Shown: positions 32,813 through 42,593 of the stretch, in pieces
How the letters are laid out: every line of letters begins with the position of its first letter
Numbering within the stretch: position 1 is the first letter of the stretch
Assembly: GCA_963842945.1 (NCBI GenBank)
Contig: CAWJIM010000002.1
Span: forward strand, 160,001-224,000
Length of the DNA stretch: 64,000 nt
Source: an uncultured Gemmatimonadales bacterium
GTDB taxonomy: Bacteria > Gemmatimonadota > Gemmatimonadetes > Gemmatimonadales > GWC2-71-9
Direction of reading: 5' to 3'
The notes under the pieces: model-generated
The model's input: only the letters and a program-made list of their open reading frames with translations
What the model was told of the DNA's origin: nothing
The model's database searches: none
Translations under genes and position numbers: made by a program

Positions 32813-32866
32813 AGCAAAGAAGAACAGCCGCGGCGGGCCAAATCTCCTGGCCTGCCGTGGCTGTTC
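32813..32866 (-). terminator. Rho-independent terminator downstream of the PKD lipoprotein genes
   Basis: 19-bp stem 32822-32840 / 32848-32866 (2 imperfect pairs), followed on the minus strand by TTCTTTG. Confidence 0.6.
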
Positions 32867-32884
32867 GGTCGATAGTGCTGCGAA

Positions 32885-33610
32885 CTAGTTACCGGTCGGG
32901 AGTGCCGTCAGCGTCATCTGAAGATCGTTGAAATCGTTGTCGCCCCCATCCTCATAGGTCAGGGTCCAGACCGGGTACTCTCCGGTAACCTGCAGCCGGG
33001 GCGCGTTGGCCAGCAACGGCGCCACCACCTCGGCACCGATCTCCGTCCCCGCCGCAAACGGACCGGAGAAGATGATCTGCTTGCCGGCCGACTCATAACA
33101 GCCATCGTCGGTCAGCGTGCCACCCACCGGAGCGGTGGTGCGGAAGATGTTGCCATGGGCCTCACAGCTCGAGCTGTTCAGGACCACCTTGAAGCCGGCT
33201 TCCTGCTCCAGCTTCAGAGTACACGCCACGAAACCACCCGGCGCGGAGCCGTCCACGCAGGAGAGAGAGGTGACGATCGGGGCCTTGGGATTGACGTTCT
33301 TCGTGATCGAGCTGGTCATGCCCTTGCTCGTCGGTGACCGTGAGGGTCACCGGGTAGGTCCCGGCAGCCGAATAGACGTAGAACGGATTCTTCTGAGCGG
33401 AGCCGGCGCTGCCGAAGTTCCAGTTCCAGGAAACGATCTCGCCATCATCGCTGCTGGATCCTGGAAATCACATCTCAGAGCCGAGCAGGCCGAAGAGAAG
33501 CCGGCGACCGGCGCCTGGTTCTCCTCCTGTTGCTTGGTGGGCTCATCTTTGCAGGCCGTGACCAGGCCCGCTCCAAGCGTTGCTACTGCGAGCCAAATCA
33601 TCGCTCTCAT
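32885..33610 (-). CDS. PKD-domain lipoprotein with Cys-rich C-terminal domain (about 3 frameshifts)
   Basis: Lipobox VTAC, NQAPVAGF..WNWNFG..VTLTVTD (PKD), C-terminal WTLTYEDGGDNDFNDL. Confidence 0.8.
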
Positions 33611-33676
33611 GGTGCGCCTCAGGGGGTAGGGTGGTGGTCGTTCACGCTGCGGAATCGGCCGCAGACTTCCGTCTTA

Positions 33677-33784
33677 CCCGCCGGGGGGAGTGTCCCCGGC
33701 GGGCACTGCGACTGCTTGGAAATGGTCTAGTGGTGTAGGCTCTAGAGGTTCCTTCCAGCCCGCCGGAGGCGAGCCTCCGGCGGG
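33677..33784. repeat. Two GC-rich hairpins sharing CCCGCCGG arms
   Basis: 33677-33686/33694-33703 (10 bp) and 33759-33770/33773-33784 (12 bp), between the two PKD genes. Confidence 0.6.
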
Positions 33785-33799
33785 GTCCTGCTCGACCTA

Positions 33800-34844
33800 C
33801 TACTGCCTCGCGGTAACCGTGACAGTACCACATCGTTGAAGTCGGGCTCGCCCGGGCCGGTCGGATTGCCACCGTCATCAATGTTGATGGTCCAGTTCGG
33901 GAAGGTTCCCTCAATGTGGGCTGCGGGTGCTCCCGGAGTCGGGCTGCCGACGCTGGCCGTGCCCTGCTGGAATCGGAACCGCACCGGTACCGGTGATCGT
34001 CACCGGCGCTCCGTTGGCATCGAGCAGGGTCTTCGTTGCTCCAGGAAGGAGCGCGCACGGTGTTGAAGAAGACGGCCTGGCCATACGGCTGCAGTGACTG
34101 TAAGGTTGTTCCCCGCCAGCTCGCACTCACTTCCGGTCAGAGTGGCCGTCACGTGAGATGCGGTTGTGATCCCAAGCTCACAAATGACCGAGCTGCCAAC
34201 CGTGGTGCAGGCCTGGGTCGATGCAGCCGCCACCGTAACCTGCTGGGTGAAGGGAGTGCTCGCCGCACCCTGATCGTCGGTCACCGTAAGGGAGACGGTA
34301 TAGTTGCCCGCGACTGCGAAACGGTGAGTCGGGCTCTGGGTGGTCACCACCGCAGTGCCATCCCCGAAGTTCCAGCTCCAGGTAAGAGCATCCCCATCGA
34401 GGTCGGTGCTCGTGTCCGTAAACTGACAGTCGACGTTCACCGTGCAGGGTCCGCCGGTGAAGCTGGCGGTGGGGGGAGTGTTGGTCGGGGTCCCGCCGCT
34501 GACGGTCACCGCCAGGGTCTTGGTGTTCGACTTACCGCCGTTGTCGGTCACCGTGAGCGTCACCGTCGGCGTTCCGGCGGTGGCATAGGTATGGCTCGGA
34601 GTAGCCCCGGGTTGTCCACCGTGGTGCCGTCGCCGAAGTCCCAGTGCCGAGTGGTGATCGTGTTATCGCCGTCCGGATCGCTGCTGAGGTCGGCAAAACT
34701 GCAGGCGACAGCCACGGTACACGGCCCACCGGTGAAGTTGGCGATTGGGTCGGTGTTCGGACCGGTGCCACTGTCGTCGCCACCACAGGCCCACGCAGCA
34801 GCGAGAATGACAGTTGTTGCAGCTATCAGGGGGATTGATCGCAT
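33800..34844 (-). CDS. Lipoprotein with two PKD domains and Cys-rich C-terminal domain (about 4 frameshifts)
   Basis: Lipobox AWAC, two PKD repeats (WDFGDG, WNFGDG, LTVTD), C-terminal WTINIDDGG..PDFNDVV; end reconstructed at TAG 33800-33802. Confidence 0.8.
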
Positions 34845-34934
34845 AGAGTCTTCCCAGCCAAGAGTGACGGTGTATCGAACAAGGAATCGGCGGAGTTGGT
34901 TGCGCGTGACTGTACGCGACCCGCGCGCCGGTTG

Positions 34935-34950
34935 AGCCAGAGGCGTGCCA
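34935..34950 (-). promoter_or_regulatory. Candidate sigma-54 (-24/-12) promoter for the PKD lipoprotein
   Basis: TGGCACG-CCTC-TGGCT, one mismatch to TGGCACG-N4-TTGCW, about 90 nt upstream of the ATG. Confidence 0.45.
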
Positions 34951-35202
34951 GTGGCAGACACCCCACCGGGATGCCATACCACCGTAGTCCAACAAACGAC
35001 GCCACATACACCTACAACCTTGCACCGCGAACGCCTCACAACGGTGCGACGGGCCCACAATTGTGGCGGGCAGGCCATACCCGGCGCAGCCAGTCTACCT
35101 AGGGTGTAGCACCGCCGCTGGTTCGTACATCACACTCAACCTCGCCGACACCCTTCGGTTGACTCGACGCGCTTGGCCGGGATAGGTTTGCGGGCTGTAA
35201 CC

Positions 35203-36158
35203 ATGACGGACCTGTCGCTGTCGCGCAGCCAGATGCTGCTCCTGAGCGGGTCGGCCAACCGCGCCCTCGCTGACCGAGGTGGCCGCCCATCTGGGGCAGC
35301 CCCTCTGCCAGGTCACGCTCCGGCGCTTCGCCGACGGCGAGATCTTCGTCAAGATCGATGAGAACGTCCGGGGTCGGGATGTGTACATCATCCAGCCGAC
35401 CAACCCGCCGGCGGAGAACATGATGGAGCTTCTGCTCCTCATGGATGCCGCCAAGCGGGCCAGCGCGGCCCGGGTCACGTCGGTGATTCCGTACTTCGGC
35501 TACGCCCGGCAGGACCGAAAGGACCAGCCCCGCGTCGCGATCAGCGCCAAGCTGATGGCGAATATGGTCTCCATGGCGGGAGCCGACCGGGTGCTGGCGA
35601 TGGACTTCCATCAGCACCAGCTGCAGGGGTTCTTCGACCTTCCGGTGGATCACCTGTACGCCGCGCCGGTCTTCGTGAACCACTACCGGCAGAAGAGCCT
35701 GCGGGACCTGGTGATCGTGGCGCCGGACGTGGGCTCGGCCAAGATGGCGCGGGGCTTTGCCAAGCGGCTCAACGCTTCTCTGGCCATCATCGATAAGCGG
35801 CGGCCCTCGGCGAACATAGCCGAGGTGCTTAACGTGGTGGGTGAGGTCACCGGGAAGGACTGCATCATCCCGGACGACATGATCGATACCGCCGGAACCA
35901 TGGCGGAGGCGGTGACCGCGCTTGAAGCGGCTGGGCGCGCAGGACGTGTACTGTTGCGCCACCCATGCCCTGCTCTCCGGTCCCGCTGTCGACCGACTGA
36001 TGGCATCGGGGGTAAAAGAAGTGGCGGTCACCAACACGATTGCCATACCGCCCGAGCGCCGTTTCGACCGGCTTAAGGTGCTGTCGATTGCGGGGCTCCT
36101 GGCCAAGGCTATCGGATACACGCATAGCGACCAGTCGGTGAGTTCGTTGTTTGATTAG
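35203..36158 (+). CDS. prs: Ribose-phosphate pyrophosphokinase (2 frameshifts)
   Basis: FADGE, PYFGYARQDRK, APDVG, IDKRR, DDMIDTAGT, CATH, SVSSLF. Confidence 0.96.
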
Positions 36159-36207
36159 ATCGCCATGGGTCGCGACCCGCGTCTCGTGACTTAAAGAAGG
36201 AACCACA

Positions 36208-36877
36208 ATGGCTCAGCAAGCAAACCTCCAAGCCGCTAGCCGGAATACCACCGGCAAGGGCGCCGCCCGCAGCCTCCGGCGTCAGGGCAAGGTCCCGGGC
36301 GTCATCTACGGCCACAACCGGCCGCCCGGAGACCCTGGCGATCGAAGCGTCCGCCCTGAGCAAGATGCTGATCGGGATCAGCGCGGGAACCACCGTTTTC
36401 GATGTCGTGGTGGACGGACGTCCGGCGGTGAAGGCCCTCATCCGGGAGATTCAACGGGACTCCGTCCGGCCGGCCGAGATCCTGCACCTGGATCTCTATG
36501 AGGTCCGCGCCGACGAAAAGGTCACACTTTCCGTGCCCATCCACCTGACCGGCATTCCCGACGGGGTGCGGAACTTTGGCGGCGTGCTCGACCACGTGCT
36601 GCGCGAGCTGGAGATCGAGGTGCTGCCGGCGGACATTCCGGAGCACGTGGAGCTCGATGTGACCGCCCTGGCCATCGGCCACTCGATGTTTGTCCGCGAC
36701 CTGCGGGTAGAGAAAGCGGAGATCCTGAATGACCCGGACACCCCGGTGTGCACCGTCGTGGCTCCGCGGACTGAAGAGGCACCCGCGCCGGTGGAGGAAG
36801 CCGTGGCGCCGACCGAGCCCGAGCTCATCCGGAAGCCCAAGCCCGACGCCGAGGCAGAGGCCGAACCGAAAGCCTGA
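36208..36877 (+). CDS. rplY: 50S ribosomal protein L25/Ctc (frameshift near 36330)
   Basis: GKGAARSLRRQGKVPGVIYG, REIQ, HLD, GGVL, IPE, IGHS. Confidence 0.95.
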
Positions 36878-36880
36878 GCC

Positions 36881-37448
36881 CTGCACACAATTGTGGGGCT
36901 CGGCAACCCCGGCCCGGAGTACGAGCGCACACGTCACAACGCCGGGTTCGTGCTCGCCGATCGGTTGGTGTCGCGCTGGCAGCTGGGGCAGTTTCGGCGG
37001 GTCGACCGGGCCCGCGAGGCGCGCGGTACCTGGCAGGGCACTCCGGTTACTGCTCGTCAAGCCGCAGACCTACATGAATCGGAGCGGCGCAGCAGTCGCG
37101 CCGCTCCGTACCCTCCCCCAGTTCGATCCCAGCCAGCATCTCCTCATTCTGGTGGACGACGTCGCACTCCCCGTGGGGCGGTTCCGGCTCCGTGGCGCGG
37201 GCTCGGCCGGGGGACACAACGGTCTCAAGAGCATCGAGGGAACGCTGCAAAGGCAAGACTATTCCCGGCTCCGAATCGGGGTGGGACCTGCCCCGCCGGG
37301 ACTGGATGATCTCGCCGATTTCGTGCTGGACGAGTTCACCCCGGAAGAACAGAAAACCATCGAGAGCCTGCTCGATCCAATGAGTGAAGCCGTCGAATGC
37401 TGGATCGAGAATGGTATAGAAAAGGCAATGAACCAGTTCAATCGATGA
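36881..37448 (+). CDS. pth: Peptidyl-tRNA hydrolase (frameshift near 37045)
   Basis: [45 protein letters not shown]; start probably CTG 36881. Confidence 0.95.
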
Positions 37449-37547
37449 AGTCGGAGTCAGGAGTCGGGCGGATGCGGCAAGCTCAGCATGCGGCTCCGAA
37501 TCTGACCTCGCTCATGTCTCGAACCCTGACTCGCTGACCTCCTGACT
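37449..37547. repeat. Degenerate AGTCRGG / CCTGACT repeat with inverted partner
   Basis: Three units at 37449-37468 and three complementary units at 37524-37547 between pth and ychF. Confidence 0.5.
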
Positions 37548-37552
37548 GATCC

Positions 37553-38650
37553 ATGCTAAGACTCGGAATCGTAGGCCTGCCCAATGTTGGCAAGTCCACG
37601 CTGTTTAACGCCCTCACCTCCGCGAAAGCGCTGGTAGCGAACTATCCCTTTGCTACCATCGAGCCCAATACCGGAATCGTGCAGGTACCCGACCGGCGGC
37701 TCGAGGCGCTGGCGCAGATTGTCAAGCCGGAGCGCACGGTTCCGGCTGCGGTGGAGTTCGTGGATATTGCCGGCCTGGTCAAGGGTGCCAGTGAGGGGGA
37801 GGGGTTGGGTAACCAGTTTCTCGCCAACATTCGCGAGGTCGATGCCATTCTCCACGTGGTGCGCTGTTTCGAGGACCCCGATGTGCAGCACGTCATGGGT
37901 GGAGTCGACCCGGTGCGGGATCGGGAGATCATCGACATCGAGCTCGGGCTGGCCGATCTTGCCAGCGTCGAGAAGCGGCTCGACAAAACCGTTCGAGCGG
38001 CAAAGTCGGGCGACGCCCAATCCAAGCTGGAGCAGCGCCTGCTGGAGCGGCTGCAGCAGGCACTCGCCGCGGGACAGCCTGCCCGGGTTGTGGTTCCCAC
38101 CGATGAGGAGGCGCCGAGCTACCGGTCGTTCAACCTGCTGACCGCCAAGCCGGTCCTCTACGCCGCCAACGTGGGCGAGGAGGACATCGCCTCGGGTAAC
38201 CAGTACGTGGATCAACTCCGCAGCGCGCTGACTCGGGAGCAGGGGACGGCGGAGGTGGTCACTTTCTCCGCCCAGGTGGAAGCCGAGCTGGCCGAGCTCG
38301 CACCCGAGGACCGCGCCGAGTTTCTCGCCTCATTGGGGCTCAAGGAATCGGGATTGGACCGTCTGGCCCATGCGGCTTATCACTTGCTCGGGCTCCAGAG
38401 CTACTTCACCGCCGGAGAGAAGGAAGTGCGGGCGTGGACCGTCCACCGGGGCGACAAGGCGCCGGTCGCCGCCGGCGTTATCCACTCCGATTTCGAGAAG
38501 GGGTTCATTCGGGCGGAGACAGTGGCCTACGACGACTTCGTCCGGGTAGGTGGATGGAAGCCGGCCCGGGAGCAGGGACTCTCCCGGGCCGAGGGTAAGG
38601 AATACGTCGTTCAGGACGGCGACGTCATGTTGTTTCGGTTTAGTAGTTGA
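37553..38650 (+). CDS. ychF: Redox-regulated ATPase YchF
   Basis: GIVGLPNVGKST, NYPFATIEPN, DIAGLVKGAS.GEGLGN, FTAG.KEVRAW, IHSDFEKGFIRAE. Confidence 0.97.
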   Translation: MLRLGIVGLPNVGKSTLFNALTSAKALVANYPFATIEPNTGIVQVPDRRLEALAQIVKPERTVPAAVEFVDIAGLVKGASEGEGLGNQFLANIREVDAILHVVRCFEDPDVQHVMGGVDPVRDREIIDIELGLADLASVEKRLDKTVRAAKSGDAQSKLEQRLLERLQQALAAGQPARVVVPTDEEAPSYRSFNLLTAKPVLYAANVGEEDIASGNQYVDQLRSALTREQGTAEVVTFSAQVEAELAELAPEDRAEFLASLGLKESGLDRLAHAAYHLLGLQSYFTAGEKEVRAWTVHRGDKAPVAAGVIHSDFEKGFIRAETVAYDDFVRVGGWKPAREQGLSRAEGKEYVVQDGDVMLFRFSS

Positions 38651-38655
38651 GCAAA

Positions 38656-38695
38656 CTTCCCCGCTTCCCTCCGTCCCCACTTCCCGGCTATTTTT
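38656..38695. repeat. Four CTTCCCCG-like octamers followed by CTATTTT
   Basis: cttccccg cttccctc cgtcccca cttcccgg ctattttt; same layout as 46253-46292. Confidence 0.75.
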
Positions 38696-38705
38696 GACCC
38701 CACAT

Positions 38706-38776
38706 ATCTCCTCCCCGACCCACACCAGGCGCGGGGCAACCGAGCCCAACCGGGCTCCAGTCCAAAGGAAGGTGCC
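38706..38776 (+). ncRNA. Putative S6:S18 ribosomal protein leader
   Basis: Directly 5' of rpsF-rpsR; CTCCT can pair with the SD (AGGAAGG); internal stems CCCCG/CGGGG and GAGCCC/GGGCTC next to a CCG. Confidence 0.4.
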
Positions 38777-39118
38777 ATGACCCGTCAGTACGAGGTGGTC
38801 TATATCTTCGACAGTGCGCTCGAAGAGACCGCCATCAATGAGCGCCTCACGCGCTTCCATGCCCTGATTCAGCAATCCGGCGCCGAGCCTCCCCAAGTGA
38901 ACCACTGGGGCAAGCGCACCCTGGCCTATCCAGTCAAGAAACATGAGACCGGTTACTACGTGGTCGCCAAGTTCGACGCGGAGGCCACGGCGCTCCCGGA
39001 ATTCGAGCGCGCCATCAAGCTGGATGAGGGAGTGCTCCGGCATCTCGTAGTGGTCAGCGAGGGAGCCCAGCCGGTCCCGGTGACTGCCGGCAAGAGCGAT
39101 GAGGAGGATGACGAATGA
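38777..39118 (+). CDS. rpsF: 30S ribosomal protein S6
   Basis: [29 protein letters not shown]. Confidence 0.97.
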   Translation: MTRQYEVVYIFDSALEETAINERLTRFHALIQQSGAEPPQVNHWGKRTLAYPVKKHETGYYVVAKFDAEATALPEFERAIKLDEGVLRHLVVVSEGAQPVPVTAGKSDEEDDE

Positions 39119-39336
39119 GGCGCCCTCAGAAAACCTGTGCCATCTGTGAGTCCGGAGTTCGCATCGTCGACTTCAAGGATGAGCGCACCCTGTCCCGATT
39201 CCTGACCGAGCGGGGAAAGATTCTTCCCAGCCGTCTTTCGGGAACCTGCGCTCGGCACCAGCGTCAGCTCAGCACCGCCATCAAGCGGGCTCGCCAACTG
39301 GCTCTGCTGCCGTACATCAAGGGTTTCGGCGGCTGA
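39115..39336 (+). CDS. rpsR: 30S ribosomal protein S18 (Zn-binding C+ type)
   Basis: [39 protein letters not shown]. Confidence 0.97.
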   Translation: MRRPQKTCAICESGVRIVDFKDERTLSRFLTERGKILPSRLSGTCARHQRQLSTAIKRARQLALLPYIKGFGG

Positions 39337-40278
39337 CGTCGTCCTGGCAGGAACCGAGAACAGGAGCAGGGTCGCCGCGGAAGCAGTTCGGGGCATTTCT
39401 CGCCCTGATCGGCTATTTGCTGGTGGCCCCGCCTGGGCTCCTCTTTGGACCACTCGCCGGGCTCCTCCTCCTCAGCCGGCCTCGCAGTGTTCGCGAGTGG
39501 CTGTGGCTGCTGGGGACGGCCACCTGGTCGGCCTTGTGGCTGGATCAAGCAGGCGGGCTGGCCGGCCAGTTTGCCCGTGCGGAGGCGGTTCTAATTACCG
39601 GGTCGTACCTGGCGCTCACGCTGTGGCGTCCCTCAGCCCAGTTCTCCCGCGCCCTTACCGCTACCGGAATTGGGGGCGTCGCGCTGGTGGTGTGGATGTG
39701 GTATTTCGGGGTGAGCTGGACCGCAGTTCGCGAGGCGATCGAACAGGATCTCTGGCGCTATAACCGTGACTTCGTCATGCGCCTGGGACAAGTTGCTCCG
39801 GGAATGAGCGATGCAGGAGTGCTGAACGAGATGTCAGCCATGGTGCGCTCGATCGCCCTGCTCTACCCCGCACTGCTCGCGCTCGCCAGCATGGCCGGGA
39901 TCACACTTGCCTGGGTATGGCATCGTCGGATCGCTCGGCAGCCGCTCGGCCCTGCTCCGGCCGGCTTTTCCGCGTTCGAGTTCAGCGACCAGCTGGTCTG
40001 GGGATGGGTTATCGGACTCGCCCTGTGTTTGACACCGCTGCCCGAGGTCTGGAGCTCGGTCGGCGCGAATCTGCTGCTGGTCTGGGCCGTGCTATATGCG
40101 GTTCGCGGGCTGGCGGTATTCGCCGTCGGAACCCGCAGAGTTCCGGCCCCGGTCATTGCTACGCTGTCACTGGTTGCCATGCTTCTCTTGCCGTTCGTCG
40201 TGGGCGGGCTGACCCTGCTGGGCCTGGCCGACACCTGGCTAGATTTCCGACGTCGCCTTGCCGACGTCGGCCACCTGA
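39333..40278 (+). CDS. DUF2232/YybS family membrane protein
   Basis: Multi-TM, GLAV, C-terminal [12 protein letters not shown], usual position between rpsR and rplI. Start uncertain; stop TGA 40276-40278 after removing one extra base. Confidence 0.8.
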
Positions 40279-40289
40279 GGGAACCTCCA

Positions 40290-40735
40290 ATGATCGAAGT
40301 GATACTCCGTGAAGACATCCAGACTCTGGGCCGAGCCGGAGAGATGGTGCGGGTGAAGCCGGGGTACGCCCGGAACTACTTGCTGCCCCAGGGCCTGGCC
40401 TACGAGGCGACCGAGGGAAACAGGAAGCGGATCGCCGCGGAAACCCGGGTGCGTGCCGCCCGGAACCAGGCAGAGCGGTCCGAGGCTGAGCGGGTGGCGG
40501 GCACCTTGAGCGGGTGACGCTGACCTTGAAGGGCAAAGCCGGCGAGGAGGGGAAGCTGTTCGGCTCGATCACCTCGCAGGACATCGCCGATGCGCTGGCG
40601 CGCGAAGGGCACACATTCGATCAGCGGCGGATCGAACTGGAGCATCCGATCAAGACCACCGGTACACATGCGGTGAGCGTGCGGCTGCATCCCGAGGTTC
40701 ATGCCGAGCTACGCGTCTCTGTCGTCGCTGAGTGA
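40290..40735 (+). CDS. rplI: 50S ribosomal protein L9 (frameshift near 40512)
   Basis: [48 protein letters not shown]. Confidence 0.96.
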
Positions 40736-40745
40736 TCGACGGCCG

Positions 40746-42593
40746 ATGGCGGTGGGCATCGCCTACGTGGACGGTCCCCGCTTGGCGCGGTCGATCTTCG
40801 CGGCCGCCGACTGGGTGGCCGCGGGCCGCGAGGAGATCAACCGGATCAACGTCTTCCCGGTGCCCGATGGAGATACCGGCACCAACTTCAGCCTCACCCT
40901 TCGCGCCGTCGCCGACGCTCTCAGAGCGCTCGGCGACGCTTCGCTTCCGGCGACCGCCCGAACCATGGCTCGGGCCGCCGTGCTCGGCGCCCGGGGGAAC
41001 TCCGGCATGATGCTGGCCCACTTTCTCCTGGGGTTCACCGATGCGCTGGGTGACCGGAGCGTGGCCACCGCCCCCGATATCGCGCGGCAATTCGGAAGGG
41101 CGCGGATCGCCTCTACGAATCGCTGGAGGATCCCCGCGAGGGCACCATCCTCACCGTCGCCCGTGACGCGGCCGCTGCGGCCGAGCCGATCGCCCGAGCC
41201 ACCGGCGATATGGGCCGCTTCATGCGGCGGCTGCTGGAGGAGGGAGAGATGGCGCTGGCCCGAACACCCGAGCTGATGGCGGTGCTCAAGGAAGCCGGTG
41301 TGGTGGACGCAGGCGGCAAGGGATTCGTGCGGATGCTGGAGGGCGTGGTTCGCTACATCCAGGGCGATCCGATCGCCTCGGCTGGAGCTCGAAATTGAAA
41401 GCTCCGGAGCGGAGACATGCCTGCCGGCGCTGATGGACGTGGCCGCCGAAAGGGATTTCCAGTACTGCACCGAGGTCCTGGTCAGGGGCGACAGCCTTCC
41501 GCGAGCAAACGAGGTTCGTACCGCCATGCACGCCTTCGGCGGCTCCACGGTCGTGGCGGTGACGGGAGACATCCTCAAGATCCATGTGCACACGGATACC
41601 CCCGAGGCCGTCTTTACCTATGCAACGCGCTGGGGCCGGGTCGACAGCACCAAGGCGAGGATATGCGGGTCCAGCACCGGCAGCTGGCCCACACCAATCG
41701 GCGGCCCGGTAGCGATCGTAACCGACACCTCGGCCGATCTTTCCGACTCGTTGCTGGACCGGCACCGGATTGCCATGGTTCCGCTGCAGGTGATGTTCGG
41801 GGACTCGACGTTCCGGGATCGAGTGGAGCTCAAGCCGGAGGAGTTCTATCGAAGACTCGCGGACCTCGGCTGAGCTGCCGACCACCTCGCAGCCTGCTCC
41901 GGCGGACTTCATCCAGGTGTTCCGAGATGCGGCCAGGAGGCGGACGAGGTCGTGGCCGTGCTGCTCGGCTCCAACCTGTCGGGCACGTTCAATGCGGCCC
42001 AGGCCGCGATCAGGGCCGGGGGCTTGCAGGGCGTTCACCTGGTGGATAGCCGCTCCGGCCTCCCTGGGTGTCGGGCTTCTGGCTCTGCGGGGGGCGGAGT
42101 TGGCCGCCTCCGGCTGGAATGGGGCGCCAAATCGCCGAGGAGCTCAGACGGATTCAGCCGCACGCCGGTATGCTTCTTACGGTGGACGCGTATGACAATC
42201 TGCTGCGGTCAGGCCGAATTTCCCGGGGCAAGGCGTGGCTGGCCGGGATGCTGGACGTCAAGCCGATCCTCTCCTTTGGTGCCGATGGTAAGGTGGTTCC
42301 GATCGAGCGGGTCCGGGGTCGGGAGAATGTCGAGGCGCCGGGTGCTGGCACTGCTGGAACAGCGGCTGACTCCGCGCCCAAAGGTGGTCCGATTCGGGGT
42401 GGCTCATGCCGATGCCCCGGAGGCGGCCCAGCGAATCCGCGCCGCGCTGATCGAACGAAGTACCAACCCCGGGATGCTTGGTAAGTCTGGCCACGGGCGT
42501 ACTCGGCACCCACGTGGGACCCGGAGCCTGGGGCATCTTTTATCAGATCGAAGACGATGCACCACACCGAAGAGAGGACCCAAGACGGAATGA
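40746..42593 (+). CDS. DAK2 (FakA-like)-DegV (FakB-like) fusion protein (many frameshifts)
   Basis: INVFPVPDGDTGTN, GARGNSG, P.EGTILTV, VVDAGG, YCTE, KIHVHT, then VAIVTDTSAD, PTTSQP, LSGT, DVKPIL, THVGPG. Confidence 0.85.

Noticed and set aside
34165..34182. CRP box TGTGA..TCACA
   Set aside because: Spacer is 8 nt rather than 6 and the site lies inside a CDS.
35101..35154. tRNA remnant (AGGGTGT..GGTTCG..ACACCCT)
   Set aside because: No cloverleaf; too short; does not match tRNA-Gln.
30052..35202. Active integrative element or prophage at tRNA-Gln
   Set aside because: No integrase, transposase, phage genes or duplicated tRNA 3' end found.
36875..36877. Selenocysteine or read-through fusion of L25 and Pth
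   Set aside because: TGA follows a normal acidic L25 tail at a non-catalytic position; no SECIS-like hairpin recognised.
39417..40517. DUF2232-L9 fusion shown in the ORF track
   Set aside because: One extra base near 40262 hides a TGA at 40276; L9 has its own SD-like sequence and ATG at 40290.
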